Positions 31,241-41,274 of a stretch of 64,000 bases of DNA are shown here, piece by piece. The translations under genes were made by a program, and so were the position numbers. The first letter of the stretch is position 1. Each line of letters begins with the position of its first letter. Below the pieces are notes generated by a model. The model was not told the origin of the DNA, did no database searches, and saw nothing but the letters and a program-made list of their open reading frames with translations. Source of the stretch: an uncultured Candidatus Rokubacteria bacterium (GTDB lineage: Bacteria > Methylomirabilota > Methylomirabilia > Rokubacteriales > CSP1-6); contig CAWBMV010000034.1 in NCBI GenBank assembly GCA_963789955.1, positions 736,001-800,000 on the forward strand. The letters are read 5' to 3'.

Positions 31241-31743
31241 TCCGGCAGTCTCCAGACGCGGCCGACCGGAGGCTCGTCGGTCAGGGTGAACTGGGGCAAC
31301 GCCATGTGCTCGGCGAGATCCTGGAACACCACGCGCACGCGGCGGCCGATCTGGACGTTCGCCTCGGCCTCGGCCGTGAAGTCCGGCTTGACCAGATTCG
31401 CGATGACCCGCAGCGCCTCGTCCGGAGTCGGCTGACCGCGCTGCTCGTCGAGCTCGACCAGGACCACCGCGTAGGGGGTCATCTCCTTGAAGCCGGGCTG
31501 GATCGCGTGGGCGACGATCTCGTACGAATAGATCGTCCCGCGTCCAGATACCTCGTGCCACGTCCACCCGAGCTCCATGCACCAGGGGCAGGCGTGCGTC
31601 GGCGGGTAGCGCATGAGCCCGCACGCCTTGCACTTGCGCACGACGAGCCGATGGGCGCGCGCGTGCTCGTAGAATTCCTTCCACTCGCTGTCGTTGTCGG
31701 GAACGATCAGCGCCATGCCGCGGTATTGCACCGGCTGAGGCAT
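31237..31743 (-). CDS. DUF35 Zn-ribbon/OB-fold protein
   Basis: CKACG..YPP..CPWC, SGRGTIYSY, PYAVVLVELDE. Confidence 0.9.
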   Translation of the reverse strand: MPQPVQYRGMALIVPDNDSEWKEFYEHARAHRLVVRKCKACGLMRYPPTHACPWCMELGWTWHEVSGRGTIYSYEIVAHAIQPGFKEMTPYAVVLVELDEQRGQPTPDEALRVIANLVKPDFTAEAEANVQIGRRVRVVFQDLAEHMALPQFTLTDEPPVGRVWRLPE

Positions 31744-31771
31744 CAGAAGCTCCTTGTCTGGGCTCGTACGG

Positions 31772-32998
31772 CTAGTGACGCATGATCAGGGCGCTGCCGG
31801 TCGCGGGCATGGCCCAGCCGAGGTTCATCGTGATCTCGGCGTCCTTGACCTGACGGCAATGGCCCGGCGAGTAGTCGTAGGTGTGCACGCCCTCGGCGGC
31901 GCGCGGGCAGTAGTCGTCGACGGTGCCGCGCAGCTGGCGCACGTTCTCGATCACCATCGACATGCCGTGGGTGTAGCCCTCGCAGAGGTGGCTGCCCGAG
32001 GTATTGTTCGGGCGCTTGCCGCCGAGCTCGATGATCCCGCTCGAGACGTAGGCGCCGCCCTCGCCTTTCTTGCAGAAGCCGTACTCCTCGAGCTGCAGCA
32101 TCGTGGTGAAGGTGAAGGCGTCGTAGGAGCCGGTGACGTGGACGTCCTCGGGCCGGATGCCGGCCTGCGGGAAGACGATGTCCTTCGCGTAGTAGCCGGC
32201 CACCCGCGAGATGGGGCCGTACGCCCAGTGAAAATCGAGCCGCGGCTTCGACACGCGGCCGGCCACGCCCATGATGTAGACCGGGCGGTGCCGCAGATTC
32301 CGCGCGCGCTCGGCCGACGTGACGATGATGCACGTCGCGTTGTCGGTCTCGAGGCAGCAGTCGAGCAGGTGGAGCGGCTTGACGATCCAGCGCGAGGCCA
32401 GCACGTCCTGCACCGTCACGCGCTGCTTCAGGAGCGCCTTCGGGTTCTGCGAGGCGTGCTTGCTGTGCGCGACCCGCACGTGGGCGACCTGCTCGGAGGT
32501 CGTCCCGTACTCGTACATGTGGCGCATGAAGGTCGGCGCGAAGTTCTGGCCGGCGCTGCGCATCCCGTACGGCACCTGCGCCAGATCGAGGCCGCGAACC
32601 GGCTGGGCGGCGCGCGCGCCGGTGCCGCCGATGCGGAACTCCGAGTAGCCGTTCATCGAGCGGTAGATCGCGACGGTGTTGCACATACCCGCCTCGATCG
32701 CGCCCATCGCGAGCCCGACCAGCGCCTCGGTGGACGAGCCGCCGCCCATCACGTCCATGTAGAAGTTGAAGCGGATGCCGAGGTCGGAGGCGACGCTGTT
32801 GGCCAAGGTCGAGTCGCCGCCCTGGTAGTCGAGCATTCCGTCGACGTCGGCGGCCTTGAGCCCGGCGTCGAGGATCGCCTTGCGAATCGCCTCGACGGCC
32901 ATGGCGCGCGTCGTCCGCGCCGAGGCGCGCGAGTACTCCGTTTCTCCGACGCCGACGATGCAGTACTTGTCACGAAGCCCACGACTCTGGACGAGCAT
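31772..32998 (-). CDS. SCP-x/Ltp2-type thiolase-like protein
   Basis: IVGVGET, PLHLLDCCLETD, YDAFT, NTSGSHLCEGYTHG. Confidence 0.88.
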   Translation of the reverse strand: MLVQSRGLRDKYCIVGVGETEYSRASARTTRAMAVEAIRKAILDAGLKAADVDGMLDYQGGDSTLANSVASDLGIRFNFYMDVMGGGSSTEALVGLAMGAIEAGMCNTVAIYRSMNGYSEFRIGGTGARAAQPVRGLDLAQVPYGMRSAGQNFAPTFMRHMYEYGTTSEQVAHVRVAHSKHASQNPKALLKQRVTVQDVLASRWIVKPLHLLDCCLETDNATCIIVTSAERARNLRHRPVYIMGVAGRVSKPRLDFHWAYGPISRVAGYYAKDIVFPQAGIRPEDVHVTGSYDAFTFTTMLQLEEYGFCKKGEGGAYVSSGIIELGGKRPNNTSGSHLCEGYTHGMSMVIENVRQLRGTVDDYCPRAAEGVHTYDYSPGHCRQVKDAEITMNLGWAMPATGSALIMRH

Positions 32999-33200
32999 CT
33001 CTCGGGTGCCTCCTCAATTCATGACGCGCCTCCGGCGGGGCCCCAGCCCGCGACGGCCTGCGGCGCGCACGACGCTGATTCGGGGAGCTGCGCCTTCTCG
33101 ACCGTGATTCGACGGCCGCGAGATGCTACCACTTTGCCGCCGACCGTGTCATGGCGGGGTGCAGCGGCGCTGCTGCGCCGGGGCTTCGCCGGCTGGCGGG

Positions 33201-33728
33201 CTACCGGGTGGGATCCCGGTCGGGCTCTTTGTTCAGGCGGGAGTGAAGGTCGGTCACGATCTCGATCGCGTGGCTGATCCCGGCATCGAGCTCGGCGAGC
33301 TCTTTCCGAGCGCGGTCGATCTCGGCGCGCAGCCGCTCGTTTTCCTGCTGGAGCCGCTCGTGCTCCTCGAGCGCGCTGCGCACGGCGTTCACGCCGCGCT
33401 GCATCGACTCGACCCACTGGCGCGCCTCGTTCGCCGGGGCCGGAACCGGAACTGCGGCCGCGGCCGACGAAGCGCTCGAGGCCGACGAAGCGGTCACGAC
33501 CGCGAGAGACGTGGCGCGGAGCTGCTCGTCCACTTCGGGCCGCGAGCGCCGGTCTACCCGGCGCCGCTCCGCCGCCGCCGGGAGCGCTCGCCGCCGGCGC
33601 GGCGTGAGCCGACGATCCAGCACGACCGTCACGTTCGGGTCGTCGGCGAACCGCGTGCTCAGATAGTCGTAGAGCTCAGGATGGCGGCGGGCGACGATGA
33701 ACATCTGGGTCGAGGCGGCGCGGTCCAA
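33201..33728 (-). CDS. Hypothetical protein: Arg-rich DRR/ERRR N-terminal domain plus coiled coil
   Basis: FIVARRHPELYDYL..VVLDRR..ERRRVDRR; C-terminal heptads. Confidence 0.65.
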   Translation of the reverse strand: MDRAASTQMFIVARRHPELYDYLSTRFADDPNVTVVLDRRLTPRRRRALPAAAERRRVDRRSRPEVDEQLRATSLAVVTASSASSASSAAAAVPVPAPANEARQWVESMQRGVNAVRSALEEHERLQQENERLRAEIDRARKELAELDAGISHAIEIVTDLHSRLNKEPDRDPTR

Positions 33729-33736
33729 GACGCGGC

Positions 33737-36521
33737 TCAGTGGCCGTTCTTGCCGTTGGGCCGCGGTAGGAGCTCGGCCAGAAACTTGCCGGTATACGAG
33801 CCGGGTGTTTGCGCGATCGTCTCCGGAGGCCCCTCGGCGACGATCTCACCGCCGTCCTCTCCGCCCTCGGGCCCGAGGTCGATGACGTAGTCGGCCGACT
33901 TGATGACGTCGAGGTGATGCTCGACCACGAGGACCGTGTTGCCCGCGTCGACCAGCCGGTTGAGCACGCCCAGGAGCTTCTTGACGTCGTCCAGGTGTAG
34001 CCCGGTCGTCGGCTCGTCCAGAATGTAGAGCATCTCGCCGGTCGCGCGGGCACCGAGCTCTGCCGCGATCTTGAGGCGCTGCGCTTCGCCGCCCGACAAC
34101 GTGGTCGCCGCCTGCCCGAGCCGGAGATAGCCGAGCCCGACCGCCTGGAGGGTTTGCAGCCGTCGCGCCAGACTCGTCTGCGCGGCGAAGAAGTCGACGG
34201 CCTCGTCGACGGTCATCTGGAGCACGTCACTGATGCTTCGGCCGCGAAGCTTCACGCCGAGCACGTCGGGCCGGTAGCGCCGCCCCTCGCACTCCTGGCA
34301 GGCGACGTACACATCCTCGAAGAAGTACATCTCGAGCTTCTGGAAGCCGTCGCCCTGGCACGACTCGCAGCGGCCGCCCTGGACGTTGAACGAGAACGCG
34401 CCCGAGTCGAGCCCGAGCGCCTTGGCCCGCGGAAGCGCCGCGAAGAGCTTGCGAATCTCGTCGAACGCCTTCACGTAGGTGATCGGGTTCGACCGCGGCG
34501 TACGCCCGATCGGCTCCTGATCGATCAGCCGGACGCCCTTGATGTACTCGATGCCCGGTCAGGGTGTCGTACTCGCCGGGCGGCGCGAACTCGGTCTTGA
34601 AGACGCGCGCGACCGCGCGATAGAGCGTGTCGTGGATGAGGGTCGACTTGCCGGAGCCCGACACGCCCGACACGGCGGTCAAGGTGTGCAGCGGCACGCG
34701 GACCGTGACGTCCTTGAGATTGTGCTGGCGCGCGCCGGCCAGAGTCAGCACGCGCCGGCCGCTCCGCCGAAACGGGGGCACCGGGATCGACTCGCGCCCG
34801 GACACGTAGCGCGCGGTGAGCGAGTGCGTCGCCTTCTGGAACTCGGCCTGTGACCCGTTGAACACGATCTCGCCGCCGCGCTCGCCGGAGCCCGGGCCGA
34901 GCTCGACGATGTGATCCGCCGACGCGATGAACTCGCGGTCGTGCTCGACCACCACGACCGTGTTCCCGGCCTGGGCGAGCTCCCGGCAGAGGTCGGTGAG
35001 TCGCGCGGTGTCGCGCGCGTGCAGTCCGATGGACGGCTCGTCCAGGACGTACAAGGTCCCGACGAGCTGCGAGCCGAGCTGATTCGCCAGGTTGATCCGC
35101 TGCGCCTCGCCGCCCGACAGGGTGCGCGTCTGGCGGGAGAGCGTGAGATAGCCGAGGCCGACGCGCAGGAGGAACGTGAGCTTCGCGTTCAGCTGGCGCA
35201 GGATCTCGCGGGCGACGACGGACTCCCACGCGGTGAGCCGGAGGTCGCTCAGCAGCCGGGCGGCCGCGTCGATCGTGAGCACGGAAAACTCGGCGATCGT
35301 GAGGCCGGCGACGCGGACCGCGAGCGCGGCCGGCTTGAGCCGAGCGCCGTGGCAGACGCGACAGATGGACTGGCTGCGATAGCGCGAGAGGAAGACGCGG
35401 ACGTGGAGCTTGTAGCGGTACGACTCGACCTCCTCGAAGAACCCGTGGATGCCCGGGAAGCTTCCGTCGCCGCCGTAGACGAACTCGCGCGTCGCGGCCG
35501 GGAGCTTCTCCCAGGGCGTGCCGGTGTCGACCTTGAGGCGCCGGGCCGCCTTCATCAGCTCGCGCTGGTACCACTTGCCGGATGGATGCGTCCACGGCTC
35601 CACCGCGCCATCGGCGAGGCTCAAGGTTCGGTCGGGCACCACGCGAGCCTCGTCGTACTTGAGCACGTTGCCGAATCCCTTGCACTCCGGACACGCGCCG
35701 AGCGGGTGGTTGAACGAGAACAGGAGCGGCTGCGGGCGCTCGAGCGCGGCGCCGCAGCCGCTGCACCGGAAGTCTTCGCCGAATTCCCGGGTCGCTCCGC
35801 CGACGATCTCCACCGTGACCCGGCCGCCGCCCTCGCGCAGCGCGGACTCGACCGATTCGACGATGCGGGCGCGCTGGGCGGCCTCGAGCACCACGCGGTC
35901 GAGGACGACCGCGATCGCCTTCCGGTCGCCGAAATCGGCCGGCGGCGCGCCGGCGACGTCGAGGATGTCGCCGGCGATCCGGACACGGGCGAAGCCGCGG
36001 CGCGTGAGATTCGCCCACAGCTCGGCGGGCGGCAGGCCGGCCGGGACGGCGAGCGGGAAGGTGATCATCGCGCGCGCGCCCGGGTGCGCGTCGAGCAGCG
36101 CGTTCACGATCGACTCGGGCGAGTGGGAGACCGCCGGCGCGCCGCACGCGGGACAGTGGACGCGGCCGATCTTCGCGTAGAGCAGCCGCAGGTAGTCGTA
36201 GATCTCGGTCGCGGTGCCGACGGTCGAGCGTGCGGTGCGGACCGGATTCTTCTGCTCCAGCGCGACGGCCGGACGGATCTGCTCGATCTTGTCCACGTCG
36301 GGCCGGTCGACCCGGTCGAGGAACATTCGAGCGTACGTGGACAGTGATTCGATGTAGCGCCACTGCCCCTCGGCGAAGAGCGTGTCGAAGGCGAGGGAGG
36401 ACTTGCCGGAGCCGGATACTCCGGTCACGACCGTGAGACGGTCGTGCGGGATCTCGAGCGAAACGTTCTTGAGATTGTTCTGTCGGGCTCCCTGAATCCG
36501 AAGCCCGGGGGGCCGAGCCAT
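33737..36521 (-). CDS. uvrA: Excinuclease ABC subunit A (frameshift near 34555)
   Basis: [18 protein letters not shown], Zn fingers, two LSGGEAQR signatures. Confidence 0.92.
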
Positions 36522-36586
36522 TCGAACGGTCCTCCTGAGGTGGGTAGTCTACTGGAAGTCCTGTGACCGCGCCAGATGCCCGACCC

Positions 36587-36650
36587 TTGACACGCGCCGT
36601 CGGAGGTGTGTACGCTTCGGCTCGAGTCGTAATTGATAATGATTCCTAAC
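36587..36650 (+). promoter_or_regulatory. Sigma70 promoter plus Fur/PerR-box-like operator overlapping the perR start
   Basis: TTGACA(36587), 18 bp, TACGCT(36611); AATTGATAATGATTCCTAA around the ATG. Confidence 0.65.
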
Positions 36651-37112
36651 AAGACGATCGACACGCTGCGCGACCGCGGGCTCCGGCTGACGCGGCCCCG
36701 GCGGATCATCCTCGACGTGGTCCGCGCGACCGACGCCCATCCGACCGCGGCGTTCGTGTACCGGCGGGTCCGGCGCCGCCTGCCGCGCGTGAGCCTCGCG
36801 ACGGTCTACCGCAATCTCCGGATGCTGGCCGCCGAGGGGTTCCTGGCGGAGCGCGCCGACGAGGCCGGCATGCGCTTCGACGGCAACACCGGCCCGCACG
36901 ATCACTTCACGTGTCTGACGTGCGGCCGGATCTACGACGTTCCGGCGCCCGCCCAGCGGGGCGCGCGCCGCCGGCTGCCGGCGCGCGCCGGCTTCGAGGT
37001 CCTCGATCACCGGACCGAGTACTACGGCCGCTGCGGCGCGTGCCGCCGGCCGCGCGGCGGATCATCACTCACCCGACGAAGGAGGAGACATGGCAAGCCT
37101 CAAGGGCACTAA
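36639..37112 (+). CDS. perR: Fur-family repressor, PerR-like
   Basis: HPTA, SLATVYRNL, HDHFTCLTCG, CGAC; precedes rubrerythrin. Confidence 0.75.
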   Translation: MIPNKTIDTLRDRGLRLTRPRRIILDVVRATDAHPTAAFVYRRVRRRLPRVSLATVYRNLRMLAAEGFLAERADEAGMRFDGNTGPHDHFTCLTCGRIYDVPAPAQRGARRRLPARAGFEVLDHRTEYYGRCGACRRPRGGSSLTRRRRRHGKPQGH

Positions 37113-37533
37113 GAGCTTCGAGAATCTCAAAGACGCGTTCGCCGGCGAGTCGCAGGCGAACCGGCGGTATCTCTACTTCGCGCGCGTCGCGGACATCGAG
37201 GGCTTCCCGGACATCGCGGGCCTCTTCAAGGACACCGCGGACGCCGAGACCGGCCACGCCTTCGGTCATCTGGACTTCTTGAAGGAAGTCGGCGATCCCG
37301 CGACGGGCGAGCCGATCGGAAAGACCGAGAAGAACCTGAAGGCCGCGGTCGCCGGTGAGACCTACGAGTACACGCAGATGTACCCGGGGATGGCCAAGAC
37401 CGCGCGCACCGAGGGCTTCGGCGAGCTCGCGGAGTGGTTCGAGACGCTCGCCAAGGCGGAGAAGTCGCACGCGGGCCGGTTCAACAAAGGCCTGCAGCAG
37501 ATCGCCGGGAAGGATCCCGCCGAGGCGATTTAG
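37090..37533 (+). CDS. Rubrerythrin (short form, no rubredoxin domain)
   Basis: [34 protein letters not shown]. Confidence 0.92.
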   Translation: MASLKGTKSFENLKDAFAGESQANRRYLYFARVADIEGFPDIAGLFKDTADAETGHAFGHLDFLKEVGDPATGEPIGKTEKNLKAAVAGETYEYTQMYPGMAKTARTEGFGELAEWFETLAKAEKSHAGRFNKGLQQIAGKDPAEAI

Positions 37534-37538
37534 CTACG

Positions 37539-37706
37539 ACAGGCGCGCGGTGGGAGGGGCAGCGGGAGGGGTCGCCGGACCACGCGGCGCACTTTCGCTG
37601 CCCCGCGGCGGCTGGGCTCCATCTGGGCACACGGCGTCCGTATCGTCGCGGCGCGGGAACGGGTCCGGTCGACCCCTCCCGCTGCCCCTGCCCACCGCGC
37701 GCCTGT
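37539..37706. repeat. Long inverted repeat (about 43-45 bp arms, 80 bp spacer), REP/MITE-like
   Basis: Arms 37539-37581 and 37662-37706 are reverse complements differing by two 1-nt indels. Confidence 0.85.
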
Positions 37707-37771
37707 GCGATCGCTAAACGCGTAGGCTGGCTCTCCACGAGATCTGCGTTAGGGCATACGGACCGACCTGC

Positions 37772-39067
37772 ATGGGAACGCTCGATATGAAGTCTCCGGA
37801 GTTTTGGGAGCTCGGCGCGGTTGATAAGGAGCTGCGGCGGGTCTACGACATTTGTGGTGGGTGTCGGCGGTGTTTGCCGCTGTGTCCGTCGTTCAAGGTG
37901 CTGTTCGATCGGATGGACGTCGAGGCGGTCGACGGCGACGTCGACAAGCTGCCGGCCCGCGACGTCAAGGAAGTGGTCGATCTCTGCTATCAGTGCAAGC
38001 TCTGTTTCAATCACTGTCCGTACACGCCGCCGCACCGGTGGGAGGTCGACTTTCCGCGGCTGATGCTGCGCGCGCGCGCCGCGCAGGCGCGCCAGACCGG
38101 CGTCAGCCTGCAAGATCGGATGCTCGGCAACGCCGACCTCGTCGGCAAGCTCGGCAGCCTCGCCGCGCCGCTGTCCAACTGGATGAACGAGCTCGGCGTG
38201 CATCGTGCCTTCATGCAAGCCGTCGTCGGCATCCACCGGCAGCGGAACTTGCCGAAGTTCGCCCGCCGGACGTTCTCGGCCTGGTTCAAGGGGCGCCGGC
38301 ACTCGCCGAACGCCCCGGCGAAGGCCCCCGCCGGTGGCGCGGGGCCGTCGGCGCGCAAGGTCGCGCTGTTCGCGACGTGCAGCGTCGAATACTACGACAC
38401 TGCGACGGGCCGCGCGGCGGTGAACGTGCTCGAGCGGAACCGGATCGACGTGAGCCTGCCCGAGCAGCGGTGCTGCGGCATGCCGTATCTCGACGGCGGC
38501 GCGGTGGACGAGGCCAAGGCGCTGATCCGGGAGAACGTGGCGAGCCTGGCGGCGGCGGTTCGCGAGGGGCGTGAGATCGTGGTGCCCGGGCCGACGTGCA
38601 GCTACATGCTCAAGCAGGAATACCCGTGGCTCGACGGCTCGGCGGACGCCAGGCTCGTGGCCGCGAACACGCGGGACATCTTCGAGTATCTCGCGAAGCT
38701 GCACGCCGCCGGCGAGCTCGACACGAACTTCACGAAGCCGGTCGGCGCCGTGACGTACCACGTGCCCTGTCACCTGCGGGCGCAGAACATCGGTCACAAG
38801 TCGGCCGACGTGCTGCGCGCGATTCCCGGCGCGTCGGTCGACGTGGTCGAGAAATGCTCGGCGGTGGACGGCACCTGGGGGTTCAAGAAGGAATACTACG
38901 AGCTCTCGATGAAGCTCGCCAAGCCGCTGTTCGACGCGGTGACGACGGGCGGGCCCGTGGCCGCGACGGACTGCCCGCTGGCGGCGCTTCAGATCCAGCA
39001 GGGAACCGGTCGGAAGCCGAAGCACCCGGTCGAGGTCCTCGCGGCGGCCTACGGGTTCGAGGAGTGA
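37772..39067 (+). CDS. Rubrerythrin-associated Fe-S oxidoreductase (GlpC/HdrD-like CCG domains)
   Basis: CGGCRRCLPLCP, CYQCKLCFNHCP, CCGMP, YHVPCH. Confidence 0.88.
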   Translation: MGTLDMKSPEFWELGAVDKELRRVYDICGGCRRCLPLCPSFKVLFDRMDVEAVDGDVDKLPARDVKEVVDLCYQCKLCFNHCPYTPPHRWEVDFPRLMLRARAAQARQTGVSLQDRMLGNADLVGKLGSLAAPLSNWMNELGVHRAFMQAVVGIHRQRNLPKFARRTFSAWFKGRRHSPNAPAKAPAGGAGPSARKVALFATCSVEYYDTATGRAAVNVLERNRIDVSLPEQRCCGMPYLDGGAVDEAKALIRENVASLAAAVREGREIVVPGPTCSYMLKQEYPWLDGSADARLVAANTRDIFEYLAKLHAAGELDTNFTKPVGAVTYHVPCHLRAQNIGHKSADVLRAIPGASVDVVEKCSAVDGTWGFKKEYYELSMKLAKPLFDAVTTGGPVAATDCPLAALQIQQGTGRKPKHPVEVLAAAYGFEE

Positions 39068-39071
39068 CGGG

Positions 39072-39653
39072 ATGAAGCTGCTGGAGCTGTCCGAGATCCT
39101 GAATCTGGTCGAGTACGAAAAGGTCCGCGCGACGCGCCGGCGCGAGATCGTCGCGCTGAAGCAGGCGCGGCGAGTGTCGGTGGGCCGCTACCTCACGTTC
39201 GTGTTCGAGAACCGCGCGACGGTCTGGTTCCAGATCCAGGAGATGGTGCGGGCCGAGCGCATCGTCGACGAGTCGAAGATCGCCGAGGAAGTCGAGGTCT
39301 ACAACGGACTCTTGCCGCGGCCGGGTGAGCTGGCGGCGACCTTGATGATCGAGATCGCCGAGGCGTCCGAGATCAAGCCGGTGCTCGACCGCCTGCTCGG
39401 CATCGACACGCGCGACTACGTGAAGCTGACCGTCGGTCCCCACGTGATCGTGGGCGAGTTCGAGAGCGGCCACTCGGACGAAGAGCGCGGCAAGCTGAGC
39501 GCCGTGCACTTCGTGCGCTTCGCGCTGCCGCCGGACGCGCGCGCGCAGTTCGCCTCCAGCGAGGTCGCGCTGGTCGTCGAGCATCCGAACGAGCGCGCCC
39601 GCACCGTGCTCTCGGACGAGACGAAGCGGAGCCTGCGGGACGACCTGGCGTGA
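39072..39653 (+). CDS. DUF3501 family protein
   Basis: FENRATVWFQIQEMVRAE, SAVHFVRF; usual partner of short rubrerythrins. Confidence 0.88.
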   Translation: MKLLELSEILNLVEYEKVRATRRREIVALKQARRVSVGRYLTFVFENRATVWFQIQEMVRAERIVDESKIAEEVEVYNGLLPRPGELAATLMIEIAEASEIKPVLDRLLGIDTRDYVKLTVGPHVIVGEFESGHSDEERGKLSAVHFVRFALPPDARAQFASSEVALVVEHPNERARTVLSDETKRSLRDDLA

Positions 39654-39965
39654 GGGGCGCGCCGCTGGCGTGGCTCGCGCTGGCCGTCGCGGTGGCGGGC
39701 TGCTCCGACGCGGGCCTCTCGCCGCTCGCCGAGCGGGGACGTCAGACCTATCTGGCCCATTGCGTCGCCTGCCACAACACCGATCCGGCGCAAGCCGGGC
39801 CCGGTCGGTCCGGCGCTCAAGGGCTCGTCGCGCGAGCTCCTCGAAGCGAAAGTGCTGAAGGGATCGTACCCGCCCGGCTACACGCCGAAGCGGCCGACGA
39901 CGGTGATGGTGCCGATCCCGGCGGTCGCGCCGGAGATCCCCGCGCTCGCCGAATATCTGCGCTGA
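39650..39965 (+). CDS. Small c-type cytochrome lipoprotein (frameshift near 39800)
   Basis: Lipobox VAGC, CVACH heme motif, YPPGYTPKRPTTVM in the second frame. Confidence 0.75.
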
Positions 39966-40006
39966 CGGTCGTGCGCGCTGGGGTCCGCCGGCCGAGAGCG
40001 ATGTCA

Positions 40007-40035
40007 AAGGCCCGGCGGGGTCCCCGCCGGGCCTT
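40007..40035. terminator. Hairpin between convergent genes (probable bidirectional terminator)
   Basis: AAGGCCCGGCGGGG-T-CCCCGCCGGGCCTT perfect palindrome. Confidence 0.6.
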
Positions 40036-40055
40036 CACGTCGAGCGTGCTTCCGA

Positions 40056-40778
40056 TCAGCCGCCGAAGATGATCTTGAGCGCGATCGCCAGGATCGCGGT
40101 GATCACGAAGCCCGCCCAGAGCGTGCCTTTGACCGTGCTGAGGAGCTTCTTGCCCGCGCTCGCCTTGTCCGGTGTGGCGGGGCCGATCACGGCGTTGCCC
40201 TCGACGATGGCGAGGACGATCAGGAAGACGACGAGCATGGTGATCTTCGCCGGCCGCGCCGTCGGCGTGAAGAAACCGAAGTGGCTCGCCGCGCCCATGA
40301 AGAACAGCATCGGGATCGACAGCAGGGTGTTCGTGCGAGAGGCGACGCCGCCGCGGGCTCCGCGCGCCGCCGCCTCGGGGATCGCCTGGCCGCCTTCCTT
40401 CACCCGGGCCGTCGACGCCATCACGACCTGCTGCGCCGGCCAGATGATGAACCAGACGTTGAACCACATCACGGTGCCCATGGCGCCACCCATGGCGATC
40501 GCCCAGCCGTACGGTTGATTGAAGAAGCCAAGGAACCCGAACTGGGCCCACTTGTGCAGCAGGTACAGGCCGCCGGTGGCGAAGGTCAGCATCGCGCCCC
40601 AGCGGAACCACCAGAGCGCTCGACTGACGAGCCCACCCGCGATCATGCCGGTCCTCACCGGCGGCTCGGCCCCAGCGAAGAACGGGACCTGTACGAAGTT
40701 GAAGTAGTACAACATCCCGATCCAGGTGATGCCGGCCAGAAGGTGAAACCAGCGCAGTAGGAACAGCCAAGCATCCAT
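40056..40778 (-). CDS. Membrane protein, PuuD (urate hydroxylase)-like N-terminal domain
   Basis: LRWFHLLAGITWIGMLYYFNFVQ, WFRWGA, FNVWFIIWPAQ, SRTNTLLSIPMLFFM. Confidence 0.75.
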   Translation of the reverse strand: MDAWLFLLRWFHLLAGITWIGMLYYFNFVQVPFFAGAEPPVRTGMIAGGLVSRALWWFRWGAMLTFATGGLYLLHKWAQFGFLGFFNQPYGWAIAMGGAMGTVMWFNVWFIIWPAQQVVMASTARVKEGGQAIPEAAARGARGGVASRTNTLLSIPMLFFMGAASHFGFFTPTARPAKITMLVVFLIVLAIVEGNAVIGPATPDKASAGKKLLSTVKGTLWAGFVITAILAIALKIIFGG

Positions 40779-40813
40779 TCTTGCCGCCTCCTCGTCGCGT
40801 GGTGGGCTACCGG

Positions 40814-41086
40814 CTACGGCTCCTCGTCTTCCTCTTCTTCCTCCTCGGCGTCGTCCTCGACGACGTCGTCGGCGTCGTCTTCGTCGAGCTCGTCGAGATC
40901 GTCGTCGTCTAGGTCGTCGTCATCGAGATCGTCATCCTCGAAGTCGTCATCATCGTCGAAGTCGTCGTCGTCGTCCTCGGTGTCCTCGTCGTCGTCCGGT
41001 TCTTCGGCTTCGTCGGTGCCGTCGCCCTCGGCGGTATCCTGGCGTAGCTCGGCGTCATCGTCCCACGGGTGTTTCCGAAACTGCAT
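40814..41086 (-). CDS. Highly acidic small protein (D/E-rich, disordered)
   Basis: ATG after GGAG RBS; long DDDD/EEEE tracts. Confidence 0.65.
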   Translation of the reverse strand: MQFRKHPWDDDAELRQDTAEGDGTDEAEEPDDDEDTEDDDDDFDDDDDFEDDDLDDDDLDDDDLDELDEDDADDVVEDDAEEEEEEDEEP

Positions 41087-41193
41087 GTGAAGACTCCTCC
41101 GGATGAATTGTCCGGGCGGATTATAGCAAAACGTCTTCCCCGTCAATTCGCGGTAGAATTCCGTTCTGCGTCGGTGCTCGAGTTCCCCGGATC

Positions 41194-41268
41194 GGCGGTG
41201 TAGCTCAGCGGCAGAGCAGGGGTCTCATAAGCCCCGTGTCGGAGGTTCAATTCCTCCCACCGCCACCA
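41194..41268 (+). tRNA. tRNA-Met (CAT), probably elongator
   Basis: GGCGGTG/CACCGCC acceptor stem, CTCATAA anticodon loop, GGTTCAATTCC T-arm, encoded CCA. Confidence 0.92.
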
Positions 41269-41274
41269 ACTCAC

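Noticed and set aside
40830..41000. Tandem GTC/TCG repeats as a CRISPR array or VNTR
   Set aside because: They are explained by Asp/Glu codons of the acidic protein; there is no repeat-spacer structure and no cas genes.
41194..41268. tRNA as an integration site for a mobile element
   Set aside because: No integrase, and no duplicated tRNA 3' end was seen in the window.
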